DNA of 64,000 nt from an uncultured Oscillospiraceae bacterium. GTDB taxonomy: Bacteria > Bacillota > Clostridia > Oscillospirales > Oscillospiraceae. The stretch covers positions 69,249-133,248 of the forward strand of contig CAKTOX010000001.1 in the NCBI GenBank assembly GCA_934590355.1, in the 5' to 3' direction. Shown one piece after another: positions 8,292 to 16,327 of the stretch; the first letter of the stretch is position 1, and each line of letters begins with the position of its first letter. The notes beneath the pieces are model-generated. The model was given only the letters and a program-made list of their open reading frames with translations, ran no database searches and had not been told where the DNA came from. A program made the translations under genes and the position numbers.

Positions 8292-8444
8292 TTACAGTCT
8301 GACGTCGCGCTTGCGGCTGTCGTAGACCTTGTTGAGGATAGGTCTTACGCCGTAGTACAGCAGCTTGTTGTCAAGGTTAAACCAATAGATGAGCATACTC
8401 AGAGGAACGATGCTCATTGCACCTATTAGGAGCTTCTTTTTCAT
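8292..8444 (-). CDS. 50-aa single-pass membrane mini-protein (cassette 3); not in the ORF track
   Basis: Own translation of the minus strand: MKKKLLIGAMSIVPLSMLIYWFNLDNKLLYYGVRPILNKVYDSRKRDVRL; ATG 5 nt after the stop of the large subunit; YWFNLDNK motif matches YYFNLDMK of cassette 2. Confidence 0.6.
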   Translation of the reverse strand: MKKKLLIGAMSIVPLSMLIYWFNLDNKLLYYGVRPILNKVYDSRKRDVRL

Positions 8445-8449
8445 TGCCG

Positions 8450-9976
8450 TCACCATCCTTCGTAATCGTCAAAGTCAACGAGGCTCGCGTCAAGCGGCTC
8501 CTCCTGCATGACCGCGGTCATGTAGTCGGAAAACTGTCTGCGCATTTCGTTTCTGCTTATAGTGCGGTGGTCAAACATATCGTTCTGCACCCAGACAAGG
8601 TGCTTGTTCTTCTCCTTGGCCTGATCGTTCACAACGCCGGAAAGGCCCATCGCGCCCTTGCAGGTTATGTCATCATACACGAGCACGATGTCGCAGTTAA
8701 ATCTCTCCGCCTCGTCCCAAACCTCGAGCAGATGCTGGTATCCGCCCGTGAGGTGACGGCGCATGACTCCGCGCTCGTAGTTGTGCGCAACTCCCAAAAG
8801 CGCATCGTCAAGGTTATCCTCGGAGATGATGACGTTGCCGGAGAACATATCCATTCCCGCAACGACGAGGACGCCCCAGCAGTTATATGCCCAGGTGTTA
8901 AAGTCGATGTAGTAGCAGCCCGGACCGCCCCAGGTTATCATGCGGTGGCGAGTTTTGTCGAAGCTGACGACCTTGTCGCGGTATGCCTTTTCCGCAATGC
9001 GCAGCGCCTTTTTCGCGGCCTTGTCGATGAAGGGCATCGTGCCGCCGGAGAAGGTGAAGTAAAACGCATGGAAAAGCGGGCAGATGACGTGTCCGTATGC
9101 CGAATACGGCGTTTTGGCGTACTCCCATGCCTCGAACTCGTTGCGCACCTCTTTGTTGTGCTGCTTGATGACGCTGAAAAACGCGCGCTCGTCGAATTTC
9201 TCGCCCGTCGTGTCCTCGATGAATTTTATCGTATCCTTCATCTGCGCAAGTGCGTATTTATCGGTAGACTCGTCCTCCCAGCGCATCGGGATACCCGCAA
9301 CGGTCGTGGGTATCTTAACGCGGCGTTCTATGAGCTGGCTGTTCATGGTCGAGGAGTCGCAGGGCATATTATTCGTGATAAGGCAGGCGCCTATCTCGGG
9401 ATAATCGTCGTTTATCGCAACGCCCGCGGCATTTGCGCTCAGGCGGCAGGAGTCGGCGGGAAGCCCGACGTTTTCCATGATGTCCATGTAAAACGGCGCG
9501 AGGTTCTGATCCATATAAGTGCCCAGAAGTCCCTGAAGCACCTCAAGCGGCAGTGTCTTGAGATTGGGAAAGCCCGCTGCTATCTCGGGGCACATGGTCT
9601 GCTCGAGCATGACGAATTTATCGGCGTACTTCGTGTCACCGAAGCGGCGGTCACCCTTCATGCTGTCGGCTATCATGTTCGTCGTGCCGGTCATGATAGC
9701 GTGCATCTGAGTGTGGGAAACGCGCAGCGCGGGGCCGCGCATTCCGGCGGTGCACTTATCTATCATGTGCAGGGCACCGATATAGCCGCCGAACCAGCGG
9801 TACTCGAAAAGTCCCTTGACTATGCGAACGGGCGATTTGCCCGCGAATTTCACGAGAATGCCGAGATTTATGACCCACTGGGTGTAATCATAGAAGGTGT
9901 CCTTCAGGCCGCGCCACTCGCGGTGCTTTGCGATGCCGCTGCCCTTGTAAAAGCGTTTTGCCTCGTTTGCCATCAC
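8450..9976 (-). CDS. HgdA-like large subunit (cassette 3)
   Basis: 508 aa; paralog of 3358..4926 and 6471..8042; ORF-track start is GTG 9976, and ATG at 9973 (TGATG overlap with the upstream stop) is an equally good start. Confidence 0.8.
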   Translation of the reverse strand: MMANEAKRFYKGSGIAKHREWRGLKDTFYDYTQWVINLGILVKFAGKSPVRIVKGLFEYRWFGGYIGALHMIDKCTAGMRGPALRVSHTQMHAIMTGTTNMIADSMKGDRRFGDTKYADKFVMLEQTMCPEIAAGFPNLKTLPLEVLQGLLGTYMDQNLAPFYMDIMENVGLPADSCRLSANAAGVAINDDYPEIGACLITNNMPCDSSTMNSQLIERRVKIPTTVAGIPMRWEDESTDKYALAQMKDTIKFIEDTTGEKFDERAFFSVIKQHNKEVRNEFEAWEYAKTPYSAYGHVICPLFHAFYFTFSGGTMPFIDKAAKKALRIAEKAYRDKVVSFDKTRHRMITWGGPGCYYIDFNTWAYNCWGVLVVAGMDMFSGNVIISEDNLDDALLGVAHNYERGVMRRHLTGGYQHLLEVWDEAERFNCDIVLVYDDITCKGAMGLSGVVNDQAKEKNKHLVWVQNDMFDHRTISRNEMRRQFSDYMTAVMQEEPLDASLVDFDDYEGW

Positions 9977-11169
9977 ATTTTACCTCCCTGAAGCTTTTTG
10001 ATCTCGATGCTCTCGACAAATGCCTGAAATCTCGTGCGAAGCTGTCCGGCGGAGGCCATGGTATATTCCTTCTCGACGCCTATGCAGGGTATGCCTTCGA
10101 CCTCGTTCATGTCGTGCACGCCCATGACGCGCTCGTAGCTCCAGAATTCGCAGAACTTCATTTGCAGATACAAAATGCCGTCGGCATTGTAATCGCGCAC
10201 GAGATCCTTGAGGCACTGTCTGCGCTGGAGCTGCTTTTCCTTGTTCATAAAGCGGGGGCACTGGCTCGTTGTGAGATAATGCCGCGCAACTGCCGTCAGA
10301 GCACTCTCGCCCTCGCGCAGCTCGATCTGCTCTCTGCCGGGAATGGAGCCGTAGCAGTAGCGGTCGGCGCAAACGTACGCTCCGCAGTCCTCAAGAAGCT
10401 TCGTGAACGCAGGATCGTCCACCTCGGAGCCGGTCACGACAAGGCGTGCGCGGTAGCCGGGCTTCGGGTCCGTCTTGCGCTTTTTGATCTCCTTGAGCGT
10501 TTCCTCGAGCTTTTCCTTTATGAGATACTGCGGGCAGCACTCGGAAACAAGCTGGATAACGTGGAATTCATAGCTCGTGACGGGCGGGTTGGGGAGCTTT
10601 CTCATGTCGCCTATTTCGCTCACTATGCGGCAGATCTCATTATGCTCTGCTATCGCGGCGCGGATAGCCCCGTCGGAAACGTCGACGCCGTAGACTCTCT
10701 CCAGCGGCTCGAGTATGTACTTTTTAAGCTGTCCCTCATAGTGCTCAAACGCCGCCTTCGTGGTCACGAACGGCACGTCCATCATGCTCAGGAAAAAGTC
10801 GGGATTCTGCTCCTTAACGAGCCCCATGATGTCAAAGTACTCGTGCGCACGGTGCATCATCTGGCAGGTCTCGGACGAGAACATCGCAGACAGGAAGTTG
10901 TAACCCCCCTCCATGCTGCGCTCAAGCACGCTGCGGGTAAACGGGCAGGTCTTGTTTGTCATGTAATAAGTGCCGATGTCGGTATTGCTCGTGCCGGGTG
11001 CGCGCAGTCTCACCGAGAAGCAGCCGCCGAGATTGAGCAGCACCTCAGGAACGAAATAGCAGGTGTAGCCCAGCGCCCTTTTCCCCTCAGACGCCGCCTG
11101 CTTGACAAGCTCGTTATTCGCATCCTGAAGCAGGTCTTCAAAATAAATCAGATGCTTTAAGTCTTTCAT
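9973..11169 (-). CDS. HgdB-like small subunit (cassette 3)
   Basis: 398 aa; MKDLKHLIYFEDLLQDANNELV... closest to the cassette-1 copy; GGAGGAGG RBS. Confidence 0.8.
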   Translation of the reverse strand: MKDLKHLIYFEDLLQDANNELVKQAASEGKRALGYTCYFVPEVLLNLGGCFSVRLRAPGTSNTDIGTYYMTNKTCPFTRSVLERSMEGGYNFLSAMFSSETCQMMHRAHEYFDIMGLVKEQNPDFFLSMMDVPFVTTKAAFEHYEGQLKKYILEPLERVYGVDVSDGAIRAAIAEHNEICRIVSEIGDMRKLPNPPVTSYEFHVIQLVSECCPQYLIKEKLEETLKEIKKRKTDPKPGYRARLVVTGSEVDDPAFTKLLEDCGAYVCADRYCYGSIPGREQIELREGESALTAVARHYLTTSQCPRFMNKEKQLQRRQCLKDLVRDYNADGILYLQMKFCEFWSYERVMGVHDMNEVEGIPCIGVEKEYTMASAGQLRTRFQAFVESIEIKKLQGGKM

Positions 11170-11246
11170 AATCTCCTCCTCCGCATTTTCACGCAGATCG
11201 CCGCGAACTTGCTTCGCGCTTCAAACCCGTGAATAATCACGAGAAA

Positions 11247-11275
11247 ATATTATCACATCGGTATTTTTGTGTCAA
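11247..11275 (-). promoter_or_regulatory. promoter of cassette 3
   Basis: On the minus strand TTGACA (11275-11270), 17-nt spacer, TAATAT (11252-11247). Confidence 0.55.
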
Positions 11276-11284
11276 TTATTATTC

Positions 11285-11313
11285 TTGACATTATGATCGA
11301 ATTCGGTCATAAT
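11285..11313 (+). promoter_or_regulatory. GntR-gene promoter with embedded 24-bp near-palindrome (putative GntR operator)
   Basis: TTGACA (11285-11290), 17 nt, CATAAT (11308-11313); ATTATGATCGAATTCGGTCATAAT (11290-11313) is self-complementary at 22/24 positions. Confidence 0.55.
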
Positions 11314-11367
11314 ATTTCCTGTGATCGTGATTAATCAATCACAAGATTTGAACGGAGCGGCGCAGCC

Positions 11368-12081
11368 ATGGAATTTGAAAAAATAAGCATCCCCTCTCCG
11401 AAGGAATGCTTTTTCGAGAACGTAAAATCGAAGATACTGACGGGCGAGCTCGCCCCCGGGCAGAAGCTGCCGTCCGAACGTGAGCTGGCCGAGCGCACGG
11501 GGATAAACCAATCGGCTATTCACCTCGCGATAAAAGACCTTGAGCGCACGGGCTTTCTGGACATCGTCCCCCGCCACGGAACGTATATCGCCGATTACGT
11601 TTCCAGCGGCAACTACGAGACGCTGCACGAAATCCTCAAATCCGGCAGCCGGCACATGACGGAGCAGCGCGTGATCTCGCTCGTGGAGACGCGAAACGCC
11701 ATAGAGGGCGGGGCGCTCATCCGCCTTGCAAGCGAGCACACGCCCGAGGACCTTAAGGCGCTTGAGGAGCACATCGCGCTTTTCCGAAGCGCGCGCGGCA
11801 AGGGCTTGGGCGCGGACGAGCTCGGAAAAATGACCAAGGACTTTCACTATCTCATCTGCAAGCTCAGCCGAAACGAGGTGTTTATACTGCTTATGAACTC
11901 CTTTGCCGAAATTTCGCAGGGGCTTTGGCGGCACTGCGCGGGGCATTGGGGGCTTGAGGGGCTCATTGAGCAAAGCGAGCATATCCTCTTGCTCATCAAG
12001 CAGGGGCGCGGGCTCGACGCGCAGGTCTATATAACCGAAAAATTCAACGAATACGTCCGCGACTGCGGCATAAAAATATGA
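11368..12081 (+). CDS. GntR-family transcriptional regulator (FadR/FCD-type C-terminal domain)
   Basis: 237 aa; winged-helix signature LPSERELAERTGINQSAIHLAIKDLERTGFLDIVPRHGTYI followed by an all-helical C-terminal half. Confidence 0.85.
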   Translation: MEFEKISIPSPKECFFENVKSKILTGELAPGQKLPSERELAERTGINQSAIHLAIKDLERTGFLDIVPRHGTYIADYVSSGNYETLHEILKSGSRHMTEQRVISLVETRNAIEGGALIRLASEHTPEDLKALEEHIALFRSARGKGLGADELGKMTKDFHYLICKLSRNEVFILLMNSFAEISQGLWRHCAGHWGLEGLIEQSEHILLLIKQGRGLDAQVYITEKFNEYVRDCGIKI

Positions 12082-12109
12082 AAACCGGTGTCAATGACAC
12101 CGGTTTTTT
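12081..12109. terminator. bidirectional terminator
   Basis: ACCGGTGTC-AAT-GACACCGGT flanked by AAAA and TTTTTT, between convergent genes. Confidence 0.8.
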
Positions 12110-12114
12110 CATCA

Positions 12115-12651
12115 TCAGCGCTTGTCGATGCACTCGATTATTTCACCCACAAAGACGAGATGGGGCTGCCAGCCGCCCTTAAAGTCGGGATAGACCCGCG
12201 GCATGGAGGCATAATACTCCTGAATTTCCGGCGCAAGATCCTCGCGCGAAAACTGATGCTGATACAGCTTCTTGCAAACGAAGGTGAGGCTCGCCTCCTC
12301 GTAGCTTATGCCCTTGCCGACCGTGACGGGAGTTAGCCCCGCGGCAGCGGCCTTGTCCTCAAATCTGCCCGTGTGAGTGCCGATATATGCAACGGCCTTG
12401 CGATACTGCTCAGGGTAAAAGCTCACCGTGAAGCACTCGCTTTTCGTGAGAAATTCGCTGGTGTATCTTGCCGGGTGCACGTAAACGGTCACCGTTGAGC
12501 AGCGCTTACCGTCGCGGCTCCATATAGTGCCGAGGCTGCCCCAGCTTACCGTGCAGCTGTTAAAATCGTCGGGCTCGCCCGCGGTCACGATCGCCCACTG
12601 CTTGTCAAACATCTCAAAAACCTTGTAGTCTTTTTCCTTGTAGCTATCCAT
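12115..12651 (-). CDS. flavin reductase-like (FMN-binding split-barrel) family protein
   Basis: WAIVTAGEPDDFNSCTVSWGSLGTIW...VYVHPARYTSEFL pattern typical of the Flavin_Reduct family; ATG 12651 lies 7 nt after AGGTGGA (the ORF track starts 12 nt earlier at a GTG inside the RBS). Confidence 0.65.
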   Translation of the reverse strand: MDSYKEKDYKVFEMFDKQWAIVTAGEPDDFNSCTVSWGSLGTIWSRDGKRCSTVTVYVHPARYTSEFLTKSECFTVSFYPEQYRKAVAYIGTHTGRFEDKAAAAGLTPVTVGKGISYEEASLTFVCKKLYQHQFSREDLAPEIQEYYASMPRVYPDFKGGWQPHLVFVGEIIECIDKR

Positions 12652-12694
12652 AATACTATCCACCTGAAATTTTAATTTGCCGTGCGATCTTTAT

Positions 12695-13990
12695 TTAGCC
12701 CGGCGCCCGAGCCTTCGGCTTCAGAAGAAGCGTGGACGCCATAAGCACGACGAACGGATTAACGACGTATCTGTAACGCGGCTGCACCTCAATGAGAAGG
12801 TACACAACAAAAAACACGCACACTATCGTTGTCATTAAACGCAGCGCAAAGCAGAATTCACGCTTGCGGCATACGAGCATTTTGACAACACCGGCCGCGG
12901 AAAGAAGGTACAGGCACAGCCTGTATGCACGCTCATAGAGATAAAAGCGCTTTGAAAACGTTTCAACATCAATTTCCATAACCTCGCCGGAGCTGCCCGT
13001 AAACACAAAATACAGCGGCTCGGCCGAATTCCAAAATGCCTCGATCTTGTTCAAGACGAGCGCGGGAATGCTCATGCCCTCGGCATAAGACTGCTTTATG
13101 GCGTTTATCGTTTCCTGCCAGCGCTGAGCGTTGTCGGTTATTGATAAAATGAAGCCGTTTCGACCTGTGTATGTTCCGCCTATCATGAAATCCAGTCCGA
13201 CGACAAACTTCCACTGAGGAGCGTTATTGCCTATTCCGTAGGGAGCGATGCCGCACAAGGCAAATATCTTACCGACCGCATACTGTAAAGTAAAATACAC
13301 AAGCGTGAGCAGCGCAACGGGCAAAATCGCTTTAAACTCCCTGCGGCAGCAGCGATAGATCATCACGCAGAAAATGATTGAAAGAATAATAACGACAGCC
13401 TCGGCGCGCATGAGATTTCCGACGGCGAGAAAAGCGCCTGCGGCAGCGGCCGAAACATAGCGGCTCTTTTTCCCTGCGTCCAAATATCTCAGATACACGT
13501 ATAGGCCCAACAGCATGAAAAACAGCGATATGTGCTGATTGGTGAGAACCGGCGTAAGTATAAACGCTGCCGGGCACAGAGCATATATAAATCCCGTGAG
13601 CACCGCCTTGTCCTGCCCGAGATACAAAGAGGAGATCATGTAAACGAGCCATATGCAGCCGGCGGCAAAGAAGATGTTCATTATCTGCAGCGCCCGCAGC
13701 GAATTGCATACAGACAGCACGAGCGCCTCATACATCACAAACGGGATCTGATACGCCCAGTTTCGGTAATACTGCGTCTCCAGCCATGAAAAATCACCGT
13801 TCAGAGCCGAGAGCGCACTGCTGTACATAAGTCCGAAGTCGCTGACGGGCTGTGAATCAACAGACACCACGGCGAGCACCTGGGACAGCACGGCAAAAAC
13901 GAGCAGCAGCGCAGGAGCCATAATTGCGCTGCGCTTGCCGGCAAATTTTGCCGCGGCGAAAATCGCGGCGAGCGCCGCAATGAGCAGCAA
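12695..13990 (-). CDS. polytopic membrane protein, ArnT/PMT_2 (GT39/GT83)-like glycosyltransferase
   Basis: 431 aa with more than 10 hydrophobic helices and overall similarity to dolichyl-phosphate-mannose-type glycosyltransferases; start (TTG 13990) is uncertain. Confidence 0.4.
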   Translation of the reverse strand: MLLIAALAAIFAAAKFAGKRSAIMAPALLLVFAVLSQVLAVVSVDSQPVSDFGLMYSSALSALNGDFSWLETQYYRNWAYQIPFVMYEALVLSVCNSLRALQIMNIFFAAGCIWLVYMISSLYLGQDKAVLTGFIYALCPAAFILTPVLTNQHISLFFMLLGLYVYLRYLDAGKKSRYVSAAAAGAFLAVGNLMRAEAVVIILSIIFCVMIYRCCRREFKAILPVALLTLVYFTLQYAVGKIFALCGIAPYGIGNNAPQWKFVVGLDFMIGGTYTGRNGFILSITDNAQRWQETINAIKQSYAEGMSIPALVLNKIEAFWNSAEPLYFVFTGSSGEVMEIDVETFSKRFYLYERAYRLCLYLLSAAGVVKMLVCRKREFCFALRLMTTIVCVFFVVYLLIEVQPRYRYVVNPFVVLMASTLLLKPKARAPG

Positions 13991-14171
13991 GGCAAACGGC
14001 GCGGCGTGCAGCAGAGCACGCTTTTCCGGTGTCGTCCGGAGTATGAGCGCAAAGGCCGCAAGCGCGAATAAAAGCTATATTATCCAGACAAAGTCCGAGA
14101 ATTTGAAGAAAAACGATGGCTTTTCATTTGAAGTTAGGTTCAAATTATCATTCATAAATCACAATAAAGTT

Positions 14172-14207
14172 ATATTGCCTCATGAAAAAGATCAGAGGCA
14201 ATATTCT
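14172..14207 (-). terminator. possible terminator after ybaB
   Basis: 9-bp stem TATTGCCTC/GAGGCAATA with a 13-nt loop, followed on the minus strand by a T-rich stretch. Confidence 0.35.
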
Positions 14208-14223
14208 TGTCGTAATATTTATA

Positions 14224-14550
14224 TCAGAACGGGAAGCCCATGGGGGTGAGCTTGCTCATTGCCTGATTGGTCGCATCCTCGCTGCGGGCAATGGCTTCGT
14301 TGACCGCGGCAACGATAAGATCCTGAAGCATCTCAACATCGTCGGGATCGACCGCAGAGGGGTCTATCTCTATGCTCTTGAGTGCGCGTGTGCCGATCAT
14401 GGTGGCCTTGACTGCACCGCCGCCGACGGTGGACACGAACTCCTTGCTCTCAAGCTCCTGCTGCATCTTCATGAACTCTTCCTGCATCTTCTGAGCCTGC
14501 TTCATCATATTTCCGCCGGGCATACCGCCGCGAAATCCGCCTTTTGCCAT
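14224..14550 (-). CDS. ybaB: YbaB/EbfC-family nucleoid-associated protein
   Basis: 108 aa from ATG 14550 (AGGAGG RBS): MAKGGFRGGMPGGNMMKQAQKMQEEFMKMQQELE...; conserved position downstream of dnaX. Confidence 0.9.
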   Translation of the reverse strand: MAKGGFRGGMPGGNMMKQAQKMQEEFMKMQQELESKEFVSTVGGGAVKATMIGTRALKSIEIDPSAVDPDDVEMLQDLIVAAVNEAIARSEDATNQAMSKLTPMGFPF

Positions 14551-14569
14551 AGTATTTTCCTCCTTAATA

Positions 14570-16291
14570 TTATACGAAACGGGTTTCCTTGAATTTTCTG
14601 AGCTCCTCGATGTCGCGCTTGGGTCTGCCGTCACCGTCGCTGAGCTCCCTGATGGTTATTTTAAGACTGCGTCCCGTCACGGCGTTTGCCGCCTCGCGCA
14701 GCCGCATGAGAACGTTCTGATTGTTGAGCGTGTTGAACGGGAAGCCCGGCATCGCCTCGAGCGTGATTGCATCGAAGCTTACCGTGCCGCGAGCCTGAAC
14801 GGGATTGGTCAGTATCGCAATGACGCTGAACGGGAGGCTCTCCTCCGCCTTTTCCACAACAGCATCCCAGAGCTTAACGGGATCCGTCGGGGCATTTTCT
14901 GCGCTCGGCGGAGCGTCGGGATTAAGGCTCACGGGGCTTGCCTTGTCCGGCAGATCGTCCTCGGGCTGATACTCGGCAAACTGCGCGGGATCAATGTCGT
15001 CCTCCGGCTCGGGGGTAAAGTCCCTGCGCGCCGGCGGCTCCTCGTCAAAGGGCATTTCGTCGAGGGTGGAGTGAAATTCCTCCTCATCCTCGTCGTCATC
15101 ATCCTGCACATTTTCCGGCTCCCGCACCGCCTGCGCCGTCATTTTCGGCGCGCGCTTAAAATCCTCCTCAAGACGCGACACTCTCGCGCGCAGTGCACCC
15201 ATGTCCTCCGTCAGACGCTCGTCGCACAGAGATATTATGCACAGCTCCGCCGTGAGCTTTGCGCTTTTCGAGTCACGAATTTTAAGAATATAGTCCGAGA
15301 CCGTATTTATATAGTTAACAAGCTCCGCCTTCGTGAGCTTTTTGCAGAACGCCGCAAGCACGTCCGTGCTGAAGCGCCCCGAAATGAGGCTCGCGCCGGA
15401 CTTGGGCGCAACAGACATCATAAGGCAGTCGCGCAGGAGCGTGTTGAGCTCATACAGCATCGTCGCGGGGTCTTTTCCGTCGTTCCAAAGCTGCGAAAAC
15501 AGCTTCAGTGCATCCTCCGTGCCGTGCTTTACCGCATAGTCGAGAAGCTGCGCCGTGCGGCGGTTTCCCGTAAGCCCCATTGCCGCATACACCGCGTCCG
15601 TGGTGATATCCTGCACGCCCGAGCACTGGTCAAGCAGCGAAAGCGCGTCGCGCATTCCGCCCTCGGCAAGGCCGGCAATGAGCATCGCCGCATCGTGGGC
15701 AAGATTGAAATGCTCGCACTCGGCAACGTGCTCAAGATGCGCCGCGATGACCGGCGGGTCAAGGCGCTTGAAGCTGTGCCGCTGGCAGCGCGAAAGTATC
15801 GTTGCGGGGACCTTGTTGAGCTCCGTCGTCGCAAGAATGAACACAAGGTGCTCCGGCGGCTCCTCAAGAATTTTCAGCAGAGCGTTAAATGCGGAGGTCG
15901 AGAGCATATGCACCTCGTCGATGATATACACGCGCTTTTTGACCGAAACGGGGGCAAATATCGCCTCCTCGCGGAGCTGGCGGACGTTGTCAACGCCGTT
16001 ATTGGACGCAGCGTCAATTTCAACGATGTCCATAATGCTGCCGTCCTCGATGCCGAGGCAGGCGGGACATTTGCCGCAGGGGTTGCCGTTTTCCGGGTGC
16101 TCGCAGTTGAGCGCCTTGGCAAGTATCTTCGCGCAGGTCGTTTTGCCCGTGCCGCGCGTGCCGATGAAAAGATAGGCGTGCGAGGTGCGGCCGGTCGATA
16201 TTTGGTTTTTGAGCGTTTCGGTTATATGCTGCTGGCCGACGACCTCATCAAATGTCTTGGGCCGCCATTTGCGGTATAGAGCCTGGTACAT
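14570..16291 (-). CDS. dnaX: DNA polymerase III subunit gamma/tau
   Basis: 573 aa; MYQALYRKWRPKTFDEVVGQQHI, Walker A GTRGTGKTT, zinc module CGKCPAC, acidic/proline-rich linker. Confidence 0.95.
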   Translation of the reverse strand: MYQALYRKWRPKTFDEVVGQQHITETLKNQISTGRTSHAYLFIGTRGTGKTTCAKILAKALNCEHPENGNPCGKCPACLGIEDGSIMDIVEIDAASNNGVDNVRQLREEAIFAPVSVKKRVYIIDEVHMLSTSAFNALLKILEEPPEHLVFILATTELNKVPATILSRCQRHSFKRLDPPVIAAHLEHVAECEHFNLAHDAAMLIAGLAEGGMRDALSLLDQCSGVQDITTDAVYAAMGLTGNRRTAQLLDYAVKHGTEDALKLFSQLWNDGKDPATMLYELNTLLRDCLMMSVAPKSGASLISGRFSTDVLAAFCKKLTKAELVNYINTVSDYILKIRDSKSAKLTAELCIISLCDERLTEDMGALRARVSRLEEDFKRAPKMTAQAVREPENVQDDDDEDEEEFHSTLDEMPFDEEPPARRDFTPEPEDDIDPAQFAEYQPEDDLPDKASPVSLNPDAPPSAENAPTDPVKLWDAVVEKAEESLPFSVIAILTNPVQARGTVSFDAITLEAMPGFPFNTLNNQNVLMRLREAANAVTGRSLKITIRELSDGDGRPKRDIEELRKFKETRFV

Positions 16292-16327
16292 AAATTCATC
16301 TCAATTCCCGACTGCGGATAGACTTAT

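Noticed and set aside
8238-8429. 63-aa plus-strand ORF between cassettes 2 and 3.
   Set aside because: It starts inside the bidirectional terminator hairpin and has no RBS. The minus strand here encodes the 50-aa mini-protein that matches the other two cassettes.
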